Below, in pieces: positions 14,147-27,186 of a stretch of DNA of 62,000 nucleotides. The translations under genes and the position numbers were made by a program. The stretch is from Octopus vulgaris (taxonomy: Eukaryota): assembly GCA_951406725.2 (NCBI GenBank), contig OX597834.1:39948001-40010000 (forward strand), written 5' to 3'. The notes under the pieces are model-generated. The model did not search any database. It was not told the DNA's origin and was given only the letters and a program-made list of their open reading frames with translations. Numbering within the stretch: position 1 is the stretch's first letter; every line of letters begins with the position of its first letter.

Positions 14147-14800
14147 GGGGGTGAGCTGGCAGAACCGTTAGCATGCCGGACAAAATGCTTAGTGGCATTT
14201 CGTTTGTCCTTAGGTTCTGAGTTCAAATTGCGCTGAGATTGGCTTTCCCTTTTATCGTTTCGGAGTCAATGAAATAAGTACCAGTGAGACACTGGGGTTG
14301 ATGTAATCGACTAGTTCCCTCCCCCCATTTCAGGCCTTGCACCTTCAGTAAAAAGGATTATTGTTATTGTAGTATAAGGCGGCAAGCTGGCAGAATCTTT
14401 AGCACGCCTGGTGAAATGCTTGGCAGTATTTCGTCTGCTGCTATGTTCTGAGTTCAAATTCCGCCGAGATCAACTTTGCCTTTCATACTTTCAGGGTCGA
14501 TTAAATAAGTACCAGTTATGCACTGGGGTTGATATAATCGACTTAATCCCTTTGTCTGTCCTTGTTTGTCCTCTCTGTGTTTAGCCCCTTGTGGGCAATA
14601 AAGAAATAATTACTGTTGTTGTAAAGGTGGCAACCTGGCAAAATCGTTAGTGCATGGTACAAAATGCTTAGCGGTATTTCACTGGTCACTACATTCTGAG
14701 TTCATATTCCACCAAAGTCTGTTTATCCTTGGTGGGGAAGGGGTCAATAAAATAAGTACCAGTTGAACTCTGGGTCAATGTAACTGACTCATCCCCTCAC
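14147..14800 (+). mobile_element. Three tandem copies of tRNA-like SINE family B (ggcggcgagctggcagaa...gttctgagttcaaattccgcc)
   Basis: Heads at about 14150, 14377 and 14625, separated by ATT-rich tails. Confidence 0.8.
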
Positions 14801-14822
14801 CAAAGATTGTGACAAAATTTGA

Positions 14823-15100
14823 AACATCATCATCATCGTTTAACGTCCGTTTTCCGCACTAGCACGGGTTGGACGGTTCGACCGGGGTCTGGGAAGCCAG
14901 GAGGCTGCACCAGGCTCCAGTCTGATCTAGCAGTGTTTCTACAGCTGGATGCCCTTCCTAATGCCAACCACTCTGCGAGTGTAGTGGGTGCTTTTTGCGT
15001 GCCACCAGCACAGGTGCCAGGGGAGTCTGGCAGCGGCCATGATCGGTTGGTGCTTTTAACGTGCCACCAGCACGGAAGCCAGTCAAGGCGGCGCTAGCAT
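14823..15100 (-). mobile_element. Family D element (ggcgttaggaagggcatccag core, (GAT)n tail)
   Basis: Reverse complement of 57313-57480. Other copies at 9500-9790, 18445, 34150, 36545, 47840 and 60810. Confidence 0.8.
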
Positions 15101-15523
15101 CATTATTATTATTATTGGTCAGCCCGAGGCTATAGCAGAAGACACTTGCCTGAAGTGTCATGCAATGGGACTGAACCCGGAACCATGCAGTTGGGAAGCA
15201 AGCTTCTTACCACACAGCCACACATACGCTAGACAAGAAGTTTGTTGTTGATACAATGATTAAACCGAGGGACTCCAGAGAAATTCCCCAGTGATTCATT
15301 GAGTCTGACTGCATTTTAAAGACATTAGAGAGTTCAGTAAGGGAGATGATCAAGGGAGCTTTATCGATCAGGCTTACTGACTAACAACACACAAGTTCTC
15401 TCAATTGGCTCCGACCTCTTTTGCTTTCCGGCAGAGAAAGGAAAAGCATCAAAAGATTATTGATCTCCATCACTGATAATATTAATGGTGTTAGTGATGT
15501 TGATTCATTCATGACTTCCTGCC

Positions 15524-15554
<31 letters not shown>

Positions 15555-15599
15555 CTTTTTCTTTTGATTTTTTTGTTGTTTCGTACTGTTAACAATTAC

Positions 15600-15655
<56 letters not shown>

Positions 15656-17161
15656 TATTTTATTATTATCATATGTCAACAAAACTCAGTTCTGTTGGTT
15701 TCAATAAACACTACTGTCTACTTTACTGGTCAGATATTATCAAGGTGGATTAAATGTTAGGGGGTTTTAAACACATGCGAACTTCATGGAATAAAAATAA
15801 AAAAGCTCAATGTTTTGTTTTTTATTTGTTATTGTTATTACTATCTTTTTCCTTTGTTTTTTTTTGTTTTTTTTTGTTTTTGCTTTTTTTCTTGCAGTTA
15901 GAGTATTTGTAGAGGTGAATAAGTATGTTGAATCAGAGAGGAGTATATGTTAAAGAGTACAGCAGCCAGTTAAACGTAATACAGTAGAGAAAACGTGGAA
16001 GATGGATGTATCATCATCATCATCATCATCATTGTTTTAATCTTTTGTCTTCTACCTTTTTCAGTCATTGAACTGTGGCCATACTGGGGCACTGCCTTGA
16101 AGGAGTTTAGTCAAACAAATCAAACCCAGTATTTATTTTTTTTTTTCATTTTTTTTTTTTAAAGTCTTATTCTAGCAGTCTCTTATGCTGAACTGAACTG
16201 AACTACTAAGTTACAGGGATGTAAACAAACCAACACCAGTTTTCAAGCAGTGGCAGTAGAGGAGGAGAGGGGCATTCACAAAGACACGCACACAGGCACA
16301 CACACACAAACCATCTTCATCATCATTTAACGTCTGTGTATATATTTATGTGGGTGTTTCTTTTGTGTCTGTGTTTGTCCCCTCGTCACAGCTCGACAAC
16401 AGCTGTTGGTTTGTTTACATCCCGATAACTTAACAGTTCAGCAAATGTTACTGATAGACTAAGTACGAAGCCTTAAAAAAAAAAGTCCTGGAGTTGATTT
16501 GTTCAACTAAAACCCTTGAAGGTGGTGCCCCAGCATGGTCGCAGTCACATGACTGAAACATGTAAAAGAATAAAAGAATATATACATGGGGTGACTATGT
16601 GCATGTTTGTTTCCTTGTCTTGACATCATGTGACAGTAATAAATTGGCTGTGTGGTAAGAAGCTTGCTTCCCAACCGCATGTTTCCAGGTTCAGTTCCAT
16701 TGCATGGCACCTTGGGTAAATGTCTTCTGCTATAGCCTTGGGCCAACCAAAGCCTTGTAAGTGGACTTGATAGACAAAAACTGAAAGAATCCCATCGTAT
16801 GTATGTATTGGCTGTCACTGTCATACAAGCAGTGTTGTTCACTTGGAATATTCAGTGACAACATGTCTAGCCATGGGGAAATATTACCTTACTTGGAAAC
16901 AAGTGAGGGTTAGCAACCGGAAGGGCATCCAACCACAGAAAAATCAGTCCTAATAAACTCAGTCTGACCTTTGCCAACATAGAAAAGTGAATATTCTTTT
17001 CTACTCTAGTCACAAGGCCTGAAATTTTGGGGGAAGGGACTAGTCAATTAGATCGACAACAGTACACAACTGGTACTTAATTTATCAACCCCAAAAGGAT
17101 GAAAGGCAAAGTCAACCTCAGTGAAAAGTGAATATTAAAATGATGATGCATGGAATATTAA

Positions 17162-17588
17162 CCCTTCTGATATCAACCCACATGAAACTGCATCCAACTC
17201 TGTAGTAGAAATGTCTTGTTTCCAAAAGTTCTGAATTAAAATCTTCCACCAAACCTTAGTCACAATTTATGCTCCTAACACTAGCTTAATGATAACCAAG
17301 TTATTTTACTAAATTCTTTGTTATATTTAAAATTAATTGAAAGAAACACAGAGTATCTCAACAGAAATATGGCAACAAAAGGGTTAAAAAATATAATAGA
17401 GAAACAATTCTTTACCCTTTTGATACCAATCCACCTGAAACTACCGCGTGCTCTGTAGTACAAATGTCATGCTTTCAAATGTTCTGAATTAAAATCTTCC
17501 ACCAAACTTTAGTCACAATTTATGTTCCTAACACTAGCTGAATGATAACTAAGTTATTTTACTAAATAGAAATATGGTAACAAAAGGG
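17162..17588. mobile_element. Two adjacent copies of the same piggyBac-type MITE (17162-17383; 17415-17588 with an internal deletion), inverted relative to 12603
   Basis: TTAA/CCCTT and AAAGGG/TTAA termini; shared internal sequence. Confidence 0.75.
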
Positions 17589-18279
17589 TTAAATATGTTA
17601 GCAGTGACTTGGCTATTCTGTTTTCAGGCAACAACATCCCTGGGTAATTGTTTAGCAATCACTCCTGTAAATAACGGTGCTGCTATGCCAGTCACTAATG
17701 GCGCCGTTCTATCAGTTGTTAATGGTGCTGCCATACCAATCAATGTAGATCACTAGAAATGCAGAAAGCAGAATGCATTCAACACCAAGCGAGTGCAAGC
17801 ATGCATCAATGCCTTTCATGTTATCATACCTAGATATAATGGTACTGCTGTATATAAGTCATTAACGGTGCCGCTATGTCAGGTAACACCTCTCCCTGAT
17901 ACCCAGAACAATTTCATTAATTAAGTGAAGAGCTGGTGCATCTCCCAACCTTAACCTGCAGTAATCAGCATCTTGGCAACAATACCTGAAGCTTTCCCTG
18001 AATTTAGATGTTTAATTATCGTACTCAATAACACCTGATGCGATTTCTATAGGTAGTTTCTCTGGAGATAGAAAAAGAATGAAGGAAAGAAAAGAGCAAA
18101 TCTGATATTTCATGTTGTGAATAAATCTTCTGTATTTCATGAGCTGAATAGGTGGAATAATACATCATAGACGTTAGGACTTTTCAGAAAAGGTGAAATA
18201 AATTACTATGGAATTTTTGTTGGAATATCTATCTAACTCAAAACCAGAAAAAGTTACCTGTGGAATCCACAAGGCACAG

Positions 18280-18925
18280 GTGTGACTGTGTGATTAAGAA
18301 GTTCTCTTTCCGACCACATAGTTGCAGGTTCAATCCCACTGCGTGACACCCAGAGCAAGTGTCTTTCCTTATGGCATTAGGCTGTCCAAAACTTTGTGAA
18401 CAGATTTGGTAGAAGGAGACTGAAAGAAGCCTATCATATATACCTCATCATCTTCATCATTTAGCATTTGTTTTCCATGCCTATATGAGTTGGATGGTTT
18501 GATATAGAGCTGGCCAGTCAGGGAGATGTCCAGACCCCAAATGTCTGTTGTGGCATGATTTCTACAGCTGGATGCCCTTCCAAATGCCAGCCACTTTACA
18601 GGGTGTACATGGGTGCGTTTATGCAGCTTTCACACAAGTGCATTTTATGTGACACTAGCACCTGTAGGACAAGCATACATACATACATACATATACCTAT
18701 GTGTGGCTTTGTGTCTGTGATTGTCCTCCACACCGCCTGACAACCAGTATGGGTGTGTTTACATCCCTGTAATTTAGCACTCTGGCAAAACGAGACTGAC
18801 AGAATAAATACCAGGATTAAGAAGAAGAAAAACTAAGTATTGAGGGTAGATTTGTTCAACTACAAACTCTTCAAGGTGGTGCTCCAGCATGGCCACAGTT
18901 TAATGACTAAAACAAATAAAATTAA
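18280..18925 (+). mobile_element. SINE family A (head 18280-18435, tail 18695-18925) split by a minus-strand family D element (18445-18665)
   Basis: Colinear halves flank the insert. Confidence 0.7.
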
Positions 18926-19107
18926 ACAACATCACCTAATGCAGCACAATAAGGTTGTCTGACAGTCTTTGGACTCAAATGAGTTAATTGGGGTCATGGC
19001 ACTAGTTTGTGCCCTATTGAGACACATGTGTAGTGCCATTGTTTATCCAAAAATCAGGACAGACCAAAACATGTGGCATTGTTGAGTAGTCACAGCTCTG
19101 GTACTAT

Positions 19108-19460
19108 GTGGAGGGGCAATGGCCCAGTGGTTAGGGCAGCGAACTCACATTCATAGGATCGCAGTTTCAATTCCCAGACCGGGCATTGTGTGTTTATTGA
19201 GCAAAAATACCTAAAGCTCCATGTGGCTCCAGCAGAGGATGGTGCCAAACCCTGCTGTACTCTTTCACCACAACTTTCTCTCACTCTTTCTTCCTGTTTC
19301 CGTTGTGCCTGTAATTCAAAGGGCCAGCCTTGTCACACTCTCTCATGCTGAATATCCTCCAAGAACTATATTAAGGATCTTGCACGTTAATCTCACGAGC
19401 AGGCTGTTCCGTTGATCGGATCAACTGGAACCCTTGTCGTCGTACGTGACGGAGTGCCAA
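19108..19460 (+). mobile_element. SINE family C (middle M2 + tail T2)
   Basis: ggaggggcaatggcccagtggttagggcagcg...gtttcaattcccagacc. Confidence 0.8.
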
Positions 19461-19463
19461 CAC

Positions 19464-19552
19464 TATGGACATGTGATTAGAATGTCGCAGGAAAGAATCC
19501 CAAGACGGATTCTTTAGCTGAGTCAACCGGCAGAAGACCTGGAGGTAGACCA
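19464..19552 (+). mobile_element. RTE-clade LINE C-terminal fragment
   Basis: YGHVIRMSQERIPRRIL* then, shifted, AESTGRRPGGRP, matching the GHVxRM..RxP...GxRxxGRP motif. Confidence 0.65.
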
Positions 19553-20317
19553 ATAATGAGAAGGCGGCAAGCTGGCAGAACTGTTAGCACGCCAGGCGAA
19601 ATCCTTAGCGGTATTTCGTCTGCTGCTACGTTCTAAGTTCAAATTCCGCCGAGGTCAACTGTGTTTTGCCCCTTGTGAGTAGTAAAGAAATAGGTATTTC
19701 GTCTGCCACTATGTTCTGAGTTCAAATTCCACCGAGGTCGACTTTGCCTTTCATTCTTTCGCAGTTGATTAAATAAGTACCAGTTACACACTGGGGTCGA
19801 TATAATCGACTTAATCCATTTGTCTGTCCTTGTTTGTCCCCTCTGTGTTTAGCCCCCAGTGGGCAGTAAAGAAATGAGATGGCTGGATAATAAAATATGT
19901 ATACTGAGTCCCAGTTGGTCATGCCTGGGAATCCAGCCAGAAAATTGTAATGACTGTCATTTCTAATAGAACCACATGGAGAAGGTGCCGAGGGCTCTAC
20001 CCATACAATATTCCCAAAAGTAGTGGGCGGAGAAGATGGCTGTGTGAATGCATGGATGGATGGATGGATGTCATTTATTCATAAACCACACGGTATTGGT
20101 ACTGAAGTAGTAATTATTGTAAAGTCATTAATTAATGTATCATTACGTAAATGAGTTGTGTTGGTCACAAGTTTTTAGTAATTTTTTCATGACTTTCATG
20201 GACAATTTGGTCGAGAAAGAGAGATGGGAGGGAAAGATGTGGGGGAGAGCAAGAAGGGAGGAGAGAATACAGTGAATACAGATGAATTGTTAAATTACAA
20301 TGAAACAGCATTAACTA

Positions 20318-20361
<44 letters not shown>

Positions 20362-20599
20362 TAGTATTAGTTGCACTGGTATAAATTATTTACAACAAAA
20401 GGTAATTAAAGTTACTAAACAATTAATACAATAGAGACACCCTCCACCCCAACTCACCTACCTCCCACGCCCACACACACGCACACACACTCTTAGCATG
20501 TCATCACATTTGTGAGCAGGGGGGGGGGGTTGTGTGTGGGTATTATTGTATTCAACAAATGAATAGCTGGGATTATCAGCAACACATTTTCATGGCAAC

Positions 20600-20912
20600 A
20601 CAAGAGAGAGAGAGAGATAGAGAGAGAACGAATGAGAGAGAGAGAGAGAATGAGAGAGAGAGAGAATGAGAGAGAGAGAGAACGAGAGAGGGAGAGAGAA
20701 CGAGAGAGAGAGAGAACGAGAGAGAGAGAGGGAGAGAACGAGAGAGAGAGAGAACGAGAGAGAGAGAGAATGAGAGATGAGAGAGGGAACGAGAGAGAGA
20801 GAGAACGAGAGAGAGAGAATGAGAGATGAGAGAGGGAACGAGAGAGAGAGAGAGGGAACGAGAGAGAAAGAGAGAGAGAGAAAGAGAGAGAATGAGAGAA
20901 AGAGAGAGAATG

Positions 20913-20964
<52 letters not shown>

Positions 20965-21030
20965 AGAGAGAGAGAGAGAACGAGAGAGAGAACAAGAGAG
21001 AGAGAGAGAGAGAACGAGAGAGAGAGAGAG
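20600..21030. repeat. (GA)n array punctuated by gaac/gaat
   Basis: Direct reading. Confidence 0.95.
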
Positions 21031-21358
21031 AGTTTTTAAAGAAGAAGAGAGAAAAGCAAAATGACCGACCAACAAGTTGTACAGTAAAAGCTTGCTTTTA
21101 TATTTTCTGGTAACAAGTTTATTGATTCCGGTTGTTTCTCGCTGTGTGTGGTCTCTGGTGAAGCAGTGGTGGGGTGGCTTTTATCTTTGTGTTCAGTGTG
21201 TACACATAGATACAGAGATATCTAGATACAAAGACACAGACACACACACAGACACACACGCACACACACACACACATATATATATAATACATACATGTAT
21301 ATATGTGTGTGTTTGTGTGTGTAGACAGACAGGCCTAGAGATATTTATGCATACACAA

Positions 21359-21406
<48 letters not shown>

Positions 21407-21533
21407 GTGTGTGTATAGGATGACAGACAGACATATATAGACATGTGTGCATACATGAATATACATACATACATGTGCATAGAAACAGACATATGCGTAC
21501 AAATATGCATTCATATACGGTTATATGTGTACA

Positions 21534-21618
<85 letters not shown>

Positions 21619-22189
21619 TAAAAGAAAGAGACAGATAGATGGACGGACAGACAGAAGAAGAGGGAGTGTCAATAAATTAAGAATTTTTTGCAGACATCAT
21701 TTAGTACATTAATTTTGAATTTAATTAACAAGGTTCCTGGCATTGGCCTATTTGAATTATTTCCCTTTGCTCTTTTTATATCTAATTATCAAAATTAAGT
21801 GCATGGCTTAATGATTAAGGTATTTGGCCCATGATCATAAGGTTATGAACTGTCTCCTTGAGCAAGACATTTCATTTTTCATCGCTCCTGTCCACTCAGT
21901 TGGCAAAAATGAATCATACCTGTAATTCACAGGGGGCCAGCCTCATCACACTCTGTGTCATGCTGAATCTCCCTGAGAACTACGTTAAGGGTACATTTGT
22001 GTCTGTGGAGTACTCAGCCACTTTCATGTTAACTTCACGAGTAGGGTGTTCTGTTGATAGGATCAACTGGAACCCTCGTCCTCGTGACAGATGGAGGGTC
22101 AGTTTTATTACAAAAAAAACAAAAGATAAACCATCAACTGAATCATTCAGACAGTGCTGTTCATCAACAGTGTTTCAAAACATGCTCTT

Positions 22190-22578
22190 TTACTCTTTTC
22201 AGTCACGTGACTGTGGCCATGCTGGAGTACCGCCTTTTAGTCGAGCAAATCGGCCCCAAGACTTATTCTTTGTAAGCCAAGTACTTACTCTATCGGTCTC
22301 TTTTGCCAAACTGCTAAGTTACAGGGACGTAAACACACCAACATCGGTTGTCAAGCAATGTTGGGGGGACAAACACAGACACATAAACACACACACACAC
22401 ACATATATATACATATAAACGATGGGCTTCTTTCAGTTTCTGTCTACCAAATCCACTCACAAGGCTTTGGTCAGCCCAAGGCTATAATAGAAGACACTTG
22501 CCCAAGGTGCCACGCAGTGAGACTGAACCTAGAACTATGTGGTTAGTAAGCAAGCTACTTACCACACAGCCACTCCTG
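22190..22578 (-). mobile_element. SINE family A, full length
   Basis: Colinear with 5940-6362. Confidence 0.85.
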
Positions 22579-22580
22579 AG

Positions 22581-22618
<38 letters not shown>

Positions 22619-22658
22619 GAGAGAGAGAGAGAGAGAGAACGCTGCGTATATGTGCATA

Positions 22659-22702
<44 letters not shown>

Positions 22703-22754
22703 AAAATGGAGATATAGCATTAATATAATTTTTTATCTGCAAAAATCCAATATG

Positions 22755-22846
22755 TTTTCTTACAGCTGTTTCAATTAAGCCTAAAAGATTACATAGCAAT
22801 AATTTAATCATTATAACAGGCAAAATCTCATCAGAGAGTTAGAAAA
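22755..22846 (-). ncRNA. Minimal type I hammerhead ribozyme motif (Penelope/retrozyme-like)
   Basis: Minus strand reads tct-CTGATGA-gattttgcct-(35 nt)-aggcttaatt-GAAAC-agct-GTA-aga: complete catalytic core, 8/10-bp stem II, palindromic stem III (ACAGCTGT), 3-bp stem I. Confidence 0.65.
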
Positions 22847-23579
22847 GATATGCTGTTAGATTATTAGGTGTTGTGTTATTGAATCATCACAGCAGACTTC
22901 TTCAATTGTTGTATATTAAGTCTATTCACAAGGCTATGGTTAGTCTGGGTTATAGTAGAAGACACTTTGTCCAAGGTGCCACACATGAGGATTGAACCCA
23001 AAACTACATGGTTGCAAACCAAGCTTCTTAACCTCACAGCCATGCCTGTCCCTCTAGCCGAGAATAACTAAATATGTCAGAGAAATTGTAAAAGCTGAGA
23101 TAATGCAAAGAGTTTGACAGAGAAAGACATTATAATGGAGATCTGGTGTATTCTATGATTTTCGTGTAAAAATGGTTTTGATTTTATTCCTGCTAATGTA
23201 GCAAGAATTGGTAAAAAAAAAACAAAGAAAGATTTCTCTGCGAATATAGAATTTGCTATGTACAACAACGAAATAATCTAAAGAAAAATACTAACAACAA
23301 CAACAGCTGCTATTACAACCACCATGATGACAATAACAACAACAAGACCCATAACAACGACAATAATGTCGACAACCACAACGACAGCCGTGATTGTAGT
23401 AATTATGTTAAGTAATGATTATGAGGTTAAAAGCACCTCTGAAACACAGCAGAGAACAAGACAGAGGTGGAGGGGGAGAGAAGGGGGAGTGGAGAGAGAA
23501 GGAGAAAGAGAAGCTGTTTAGCTGAGTCTCTTCTGAGGGGTGTTAAGAGAGGAGGGAGGTAGAGGGAGGGAATGGGGAG

Positions 23580-23836
23580 AGGAGAGAGAGCGAGAGAGAG
23601 AGAGAGGGTGGGAGAATGTGTTTGGAGATGTGGTGAGAGTGATGGAGTCTGTGTTTAATTACAATCTGTTATGATGACAGAGAGAGAGGAAGAGAGAAAA
23701 AGAAAGGAGAGAAGGGAGGAAATATGGAGAGAAAAGAGGGGTGGATAGAGAGAAAGAGAGAAATAGAGAAAGATAGAAAAGAGATGGAGAAAAAAGAGGA
23801 GAGATAGAAAGAGAGAAAGAGAGAGAGAGAAAGAGA

Positions 23837-23884
<48 letters not shown>

Positions 23885-24030
23885 GGAGAGAAAGAGAGAC
23901 AGACAGACAGAGAGAGGAGAGGAGAGAGAGATAGAGAGGAGAGAGAAAGAGAGGAGAGAGATAAATAGAGAAAGGAGGGACAGAGAGATAAAGAGAGGAG
24001 AGATAGAAGGTGGAAGGGAGGGAAGGAGAA
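23580..24030. repeat. GA-rich polypurine tract
   Basis: Direct reading. Confidence 0.9.
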
Positions 24031-24699
24031 GAGAGCCGAGTGAGAGAAGTGTAGAAATTTGCAAGAAAACAAAAGTGAAAGTGGGTGGGGGGAGGGATGC
24101 GTGTGTCTCCTATCAAAAGGATAAGTTACAGCAAGAGGGTGGTGGGCATGGGGGTGGAGAGGCAAAGAGTCTCTAATATGAAGTGAAAGGGTGTGACAGG
24201 GTGGTGATGGGGGAGGAGGTGGAGTGGAGCGGGGAGTCACATAGGAGTATGGGGGTGGGGGTAGCATGGGTGTGTGTGGGGGTTTCCGTTAAGGGTAATG
24301 GCAGGGGGTTCGTGGTGGTGGGGTGACTTGTGGTGTGTGCAGAGAGCAAGAAAGGGACCAGAATTAATCAGGTGATGGAGGAAAGCAATAGAAATTCTTG
24401 GAGAAATATAACTAGATATGGGGGGGGAAGGGGAGTTAAGGGGGTGGTGGGTTGGAAGGGTGATTAAAATGAGATTGAAGAGACTAGGGACAGACAGACA
24501 GACAGAGAGAGAGAGAGAGAGATAAAGAGTTGAAAAGAGTAAAAAAAAAGAAATGAAGAAAAAAATAACGAGAAAAAATAAAAAGGTAAAAGAATTTTGG
24601 TAAGAGGAATTTTGATAAAATAACTCCATGATGGAGGTAGATTTAACTCAAAGACAGGGGAATCTATCTCCACGACAGAGGAACACAACTGCTTGGTGG

Positions 24700-25968
24700 A
24701 GGATCATAAGGTGCATGATGGGGGAACATGACTGCATGATGGAGGAATATAACATGAAAGGGAGCACAACTGCATGACAGGGAAACACAGCTGCATGATG
24801 GGGGAACACAGCTGCACAACGGGGGAACACAGCTGCATGACAAGGAAACAGCTGTATGATGGGGGAACATAGCTGCATGATGGGGGAACATGACTGCATG
24901 ATGGAGGAACATAACATGATAGGGAGCACAACTGCATGACAGGGAAACACAGCTGCATGATGGGGGAACACAGCTGCACAACGGGGGAACACAGCTGCAT
25001 GCCAAGGAAACAGCTGTATGATGGGGGAACATAGCTGCATGATGGGGGAACATGACTGCATGATGGAGGAACATAACATGATAGGGAGCACAACTGCATG
25101 ACAGGGGAACACAGCTGCATGATGGGGGAACACAGCTGCACAACGGGGGAACACAGCTGCATGACAAGGAAACAGCTGTATGATGGGGGAACATAGCTGC
25201 ATGATGGGGGAACATGACTGCATGATGGAGGAATATAACATGATAGGGAGCACAACTGCATGACAGGGAAACACAGCTGCATGATGGGGGAACACAGCTG
25301 CACAACGGGGGAACACAGCTGCATGACAAGGAAACAGCTGTATGATGGGGGAACATAGCTGCATGATGGGGGAACATGACTGCATGATGGAGGAATATAA
25401 CATGATAGGGAGCACAACTGCATGACAGGGGAACACAGCTGCATGATGGGGGAACACAGCTGCACAACGGGGGAACACAGCTGCATGACAAGGAAACAGC
25501 TGTATGATGGGGGAACATAGCTGCATGATGGGGGAACATGACTGCATGATGGAGGAATATAACATGATAGGGAGCACAACTGCATGACAGGGAAACACAG
25601 CTGCATGATGGGGGAACACAGCTGCACAACGGGGAACACAGCTGCATGACAAGGAAACAGCTGTATGATGGGGGAACATAGCTGCATGATGGGGGAACAT
25701 GACTGCATGATGGAGGAATATAACATGATAGGGAGCACAACTGCATGACAGGGGAACACAGCTGCATGATGGGGGAACACAGCTGCACAACGGGGAACAC
25801 AGCTGCATGACAAGGAAACAGCTGTATGATGGGGGAACATAGCTGCATGATGGGGGAACATGACTGCATGATGGAGGAATATAACATGAAAGGGAGCACA
25901 ACTGCATGACAGGGGAACAGCTGCATGATGGAGGAATAGCTGTATGGTGGGGGAACATGACTGCATGA
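24700..25968. repeat. Higher-order minisatellite: 162-bp unit made of eight 18-21-bp monomers, about 7.8 copies
   Basis: Anchor agggagcaca recurs at 24759, 24921, 25083, 25245, 25407, 25569, 25730 and 25891 (period 162; last two 161). Confidence 0.97.
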
Positions 25969-26042
25969 CCAATATCTACAAAAATGATACAAAGATTTAA
26001 TGTTGCTGTTGCCCTAGTAGTAGTAGTAGTAGTAGTAGTAGT

Positions 26043-26077
<35 letters not shown>

Positions 26078-26080
26078 TAA

Positions 26081-26120
<40 letters not shown>

Positions 26121-27149
26121 TGCTGTTGTTGTTGTTGTTCTGCTTGTTTACACTGCAACAGACACAGATGACTGATACCTGTTCAGAAATTTCACCAGTA
26201 AAGAGAGAGACATCTAGATTTTAAAGAGAGAACAGACACAGTATGGCTTTGAAATGCACAAAAGCAAATATTTTCACTCTTGTTAAGCTGTTTTTTTGCA
26301 AACCATTGCAAAGAAAATATCAGAAGAATTCCGAACAGAGACTCCAGTTCGTAATGCAAACTGCAGAAACTTCTCTTATAATCGGTCCTTGTCTCCATAC
26401 ATAAACATCTTGAGAAGACAGCATTACTTGACAGGAATTCCATCACAGAATTGTCTCCATTCGTTCTTCGGTGTATTATGACAGCACTAAGTATATAAAT
26501 GGACATCTGTGTTGTGTTTATATATGACAAAGGAAATGATTCTATCGTGGTCATTACCACGAACAACATCGTCAGTTTAATGTCCTCTTTTCCAGACTTG
26601 CATGGGTTGGACAGAATTTATTGAGGCAGATTTTTCTATGGCTTGATGCCCTTCTAGTTGCTAACCCTTACCTGTTTCCAATCAAGGTAATATTTCCTAG
26701 ACATGTTATGTTTTCACAGAGTAATGGAAATGAATGACAACCATTTCCAACAACCATGTGATTTCAAGACAAGGAGACACACACACACAAACATTATCTT
26801 ACATACACAAACACATATTTCTTGCTGCTATAGACACAAGGCTTGATATTTTCAGTGGAGGGGATAATCAATTCCATCAACATCAGTGCTGAACTGGTAC
26901 TAATTTCGTTGACCCCAAAAGAATAAAAGCCAAATTTGAACTTGATTGAATTTGAACTCAAAACATAAAGACAGATGAAATGTTACTAAGCATTGTGTCT
27001 GGAGTGATAACGACCCTGCCAGCTCCACAGTGATCGATAAAAAATTATTTATTTATAGGTTAAGTCCACCATTGGTTTCATGTTAAGAGAAAGCCCTTAA
27101 CAATTATCAAGCCTGCCACATGGAACATTGGTGTTTGATGTTTGTCTCC

Positions 27150-27186
<37 letters not shown>

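Noticed and set aside
10840-25968. Regular arrays as CRISPR-like loci
   Set aside because: Units are contiguous with no unique spacers, there are no cas genes, and the context is eukaryotic.
24648-25992. Three 420-440-aa ORFs on the minus strand
   Set aside because: All three frames are open because the repeat lacks minus-strand stop triplets; 161-bp units switch frames mid-ORF; no splice or homology support.
18250-26200. Recursive-splicing (AG|GT) ratchet candidates at about 18257 (ccacag|gtaact) and 26178 (aacag|gtatca)
   Set aside because: Pyrimidine tracts and donors are weak; a saw-tooth nascent-RNA profile would be needed.
26192-26569. 125-aa minus-strand ORF in unique sequence
   Set aside because: No recognisable homology; it starts in a repeat and has no in-frame usable donor.
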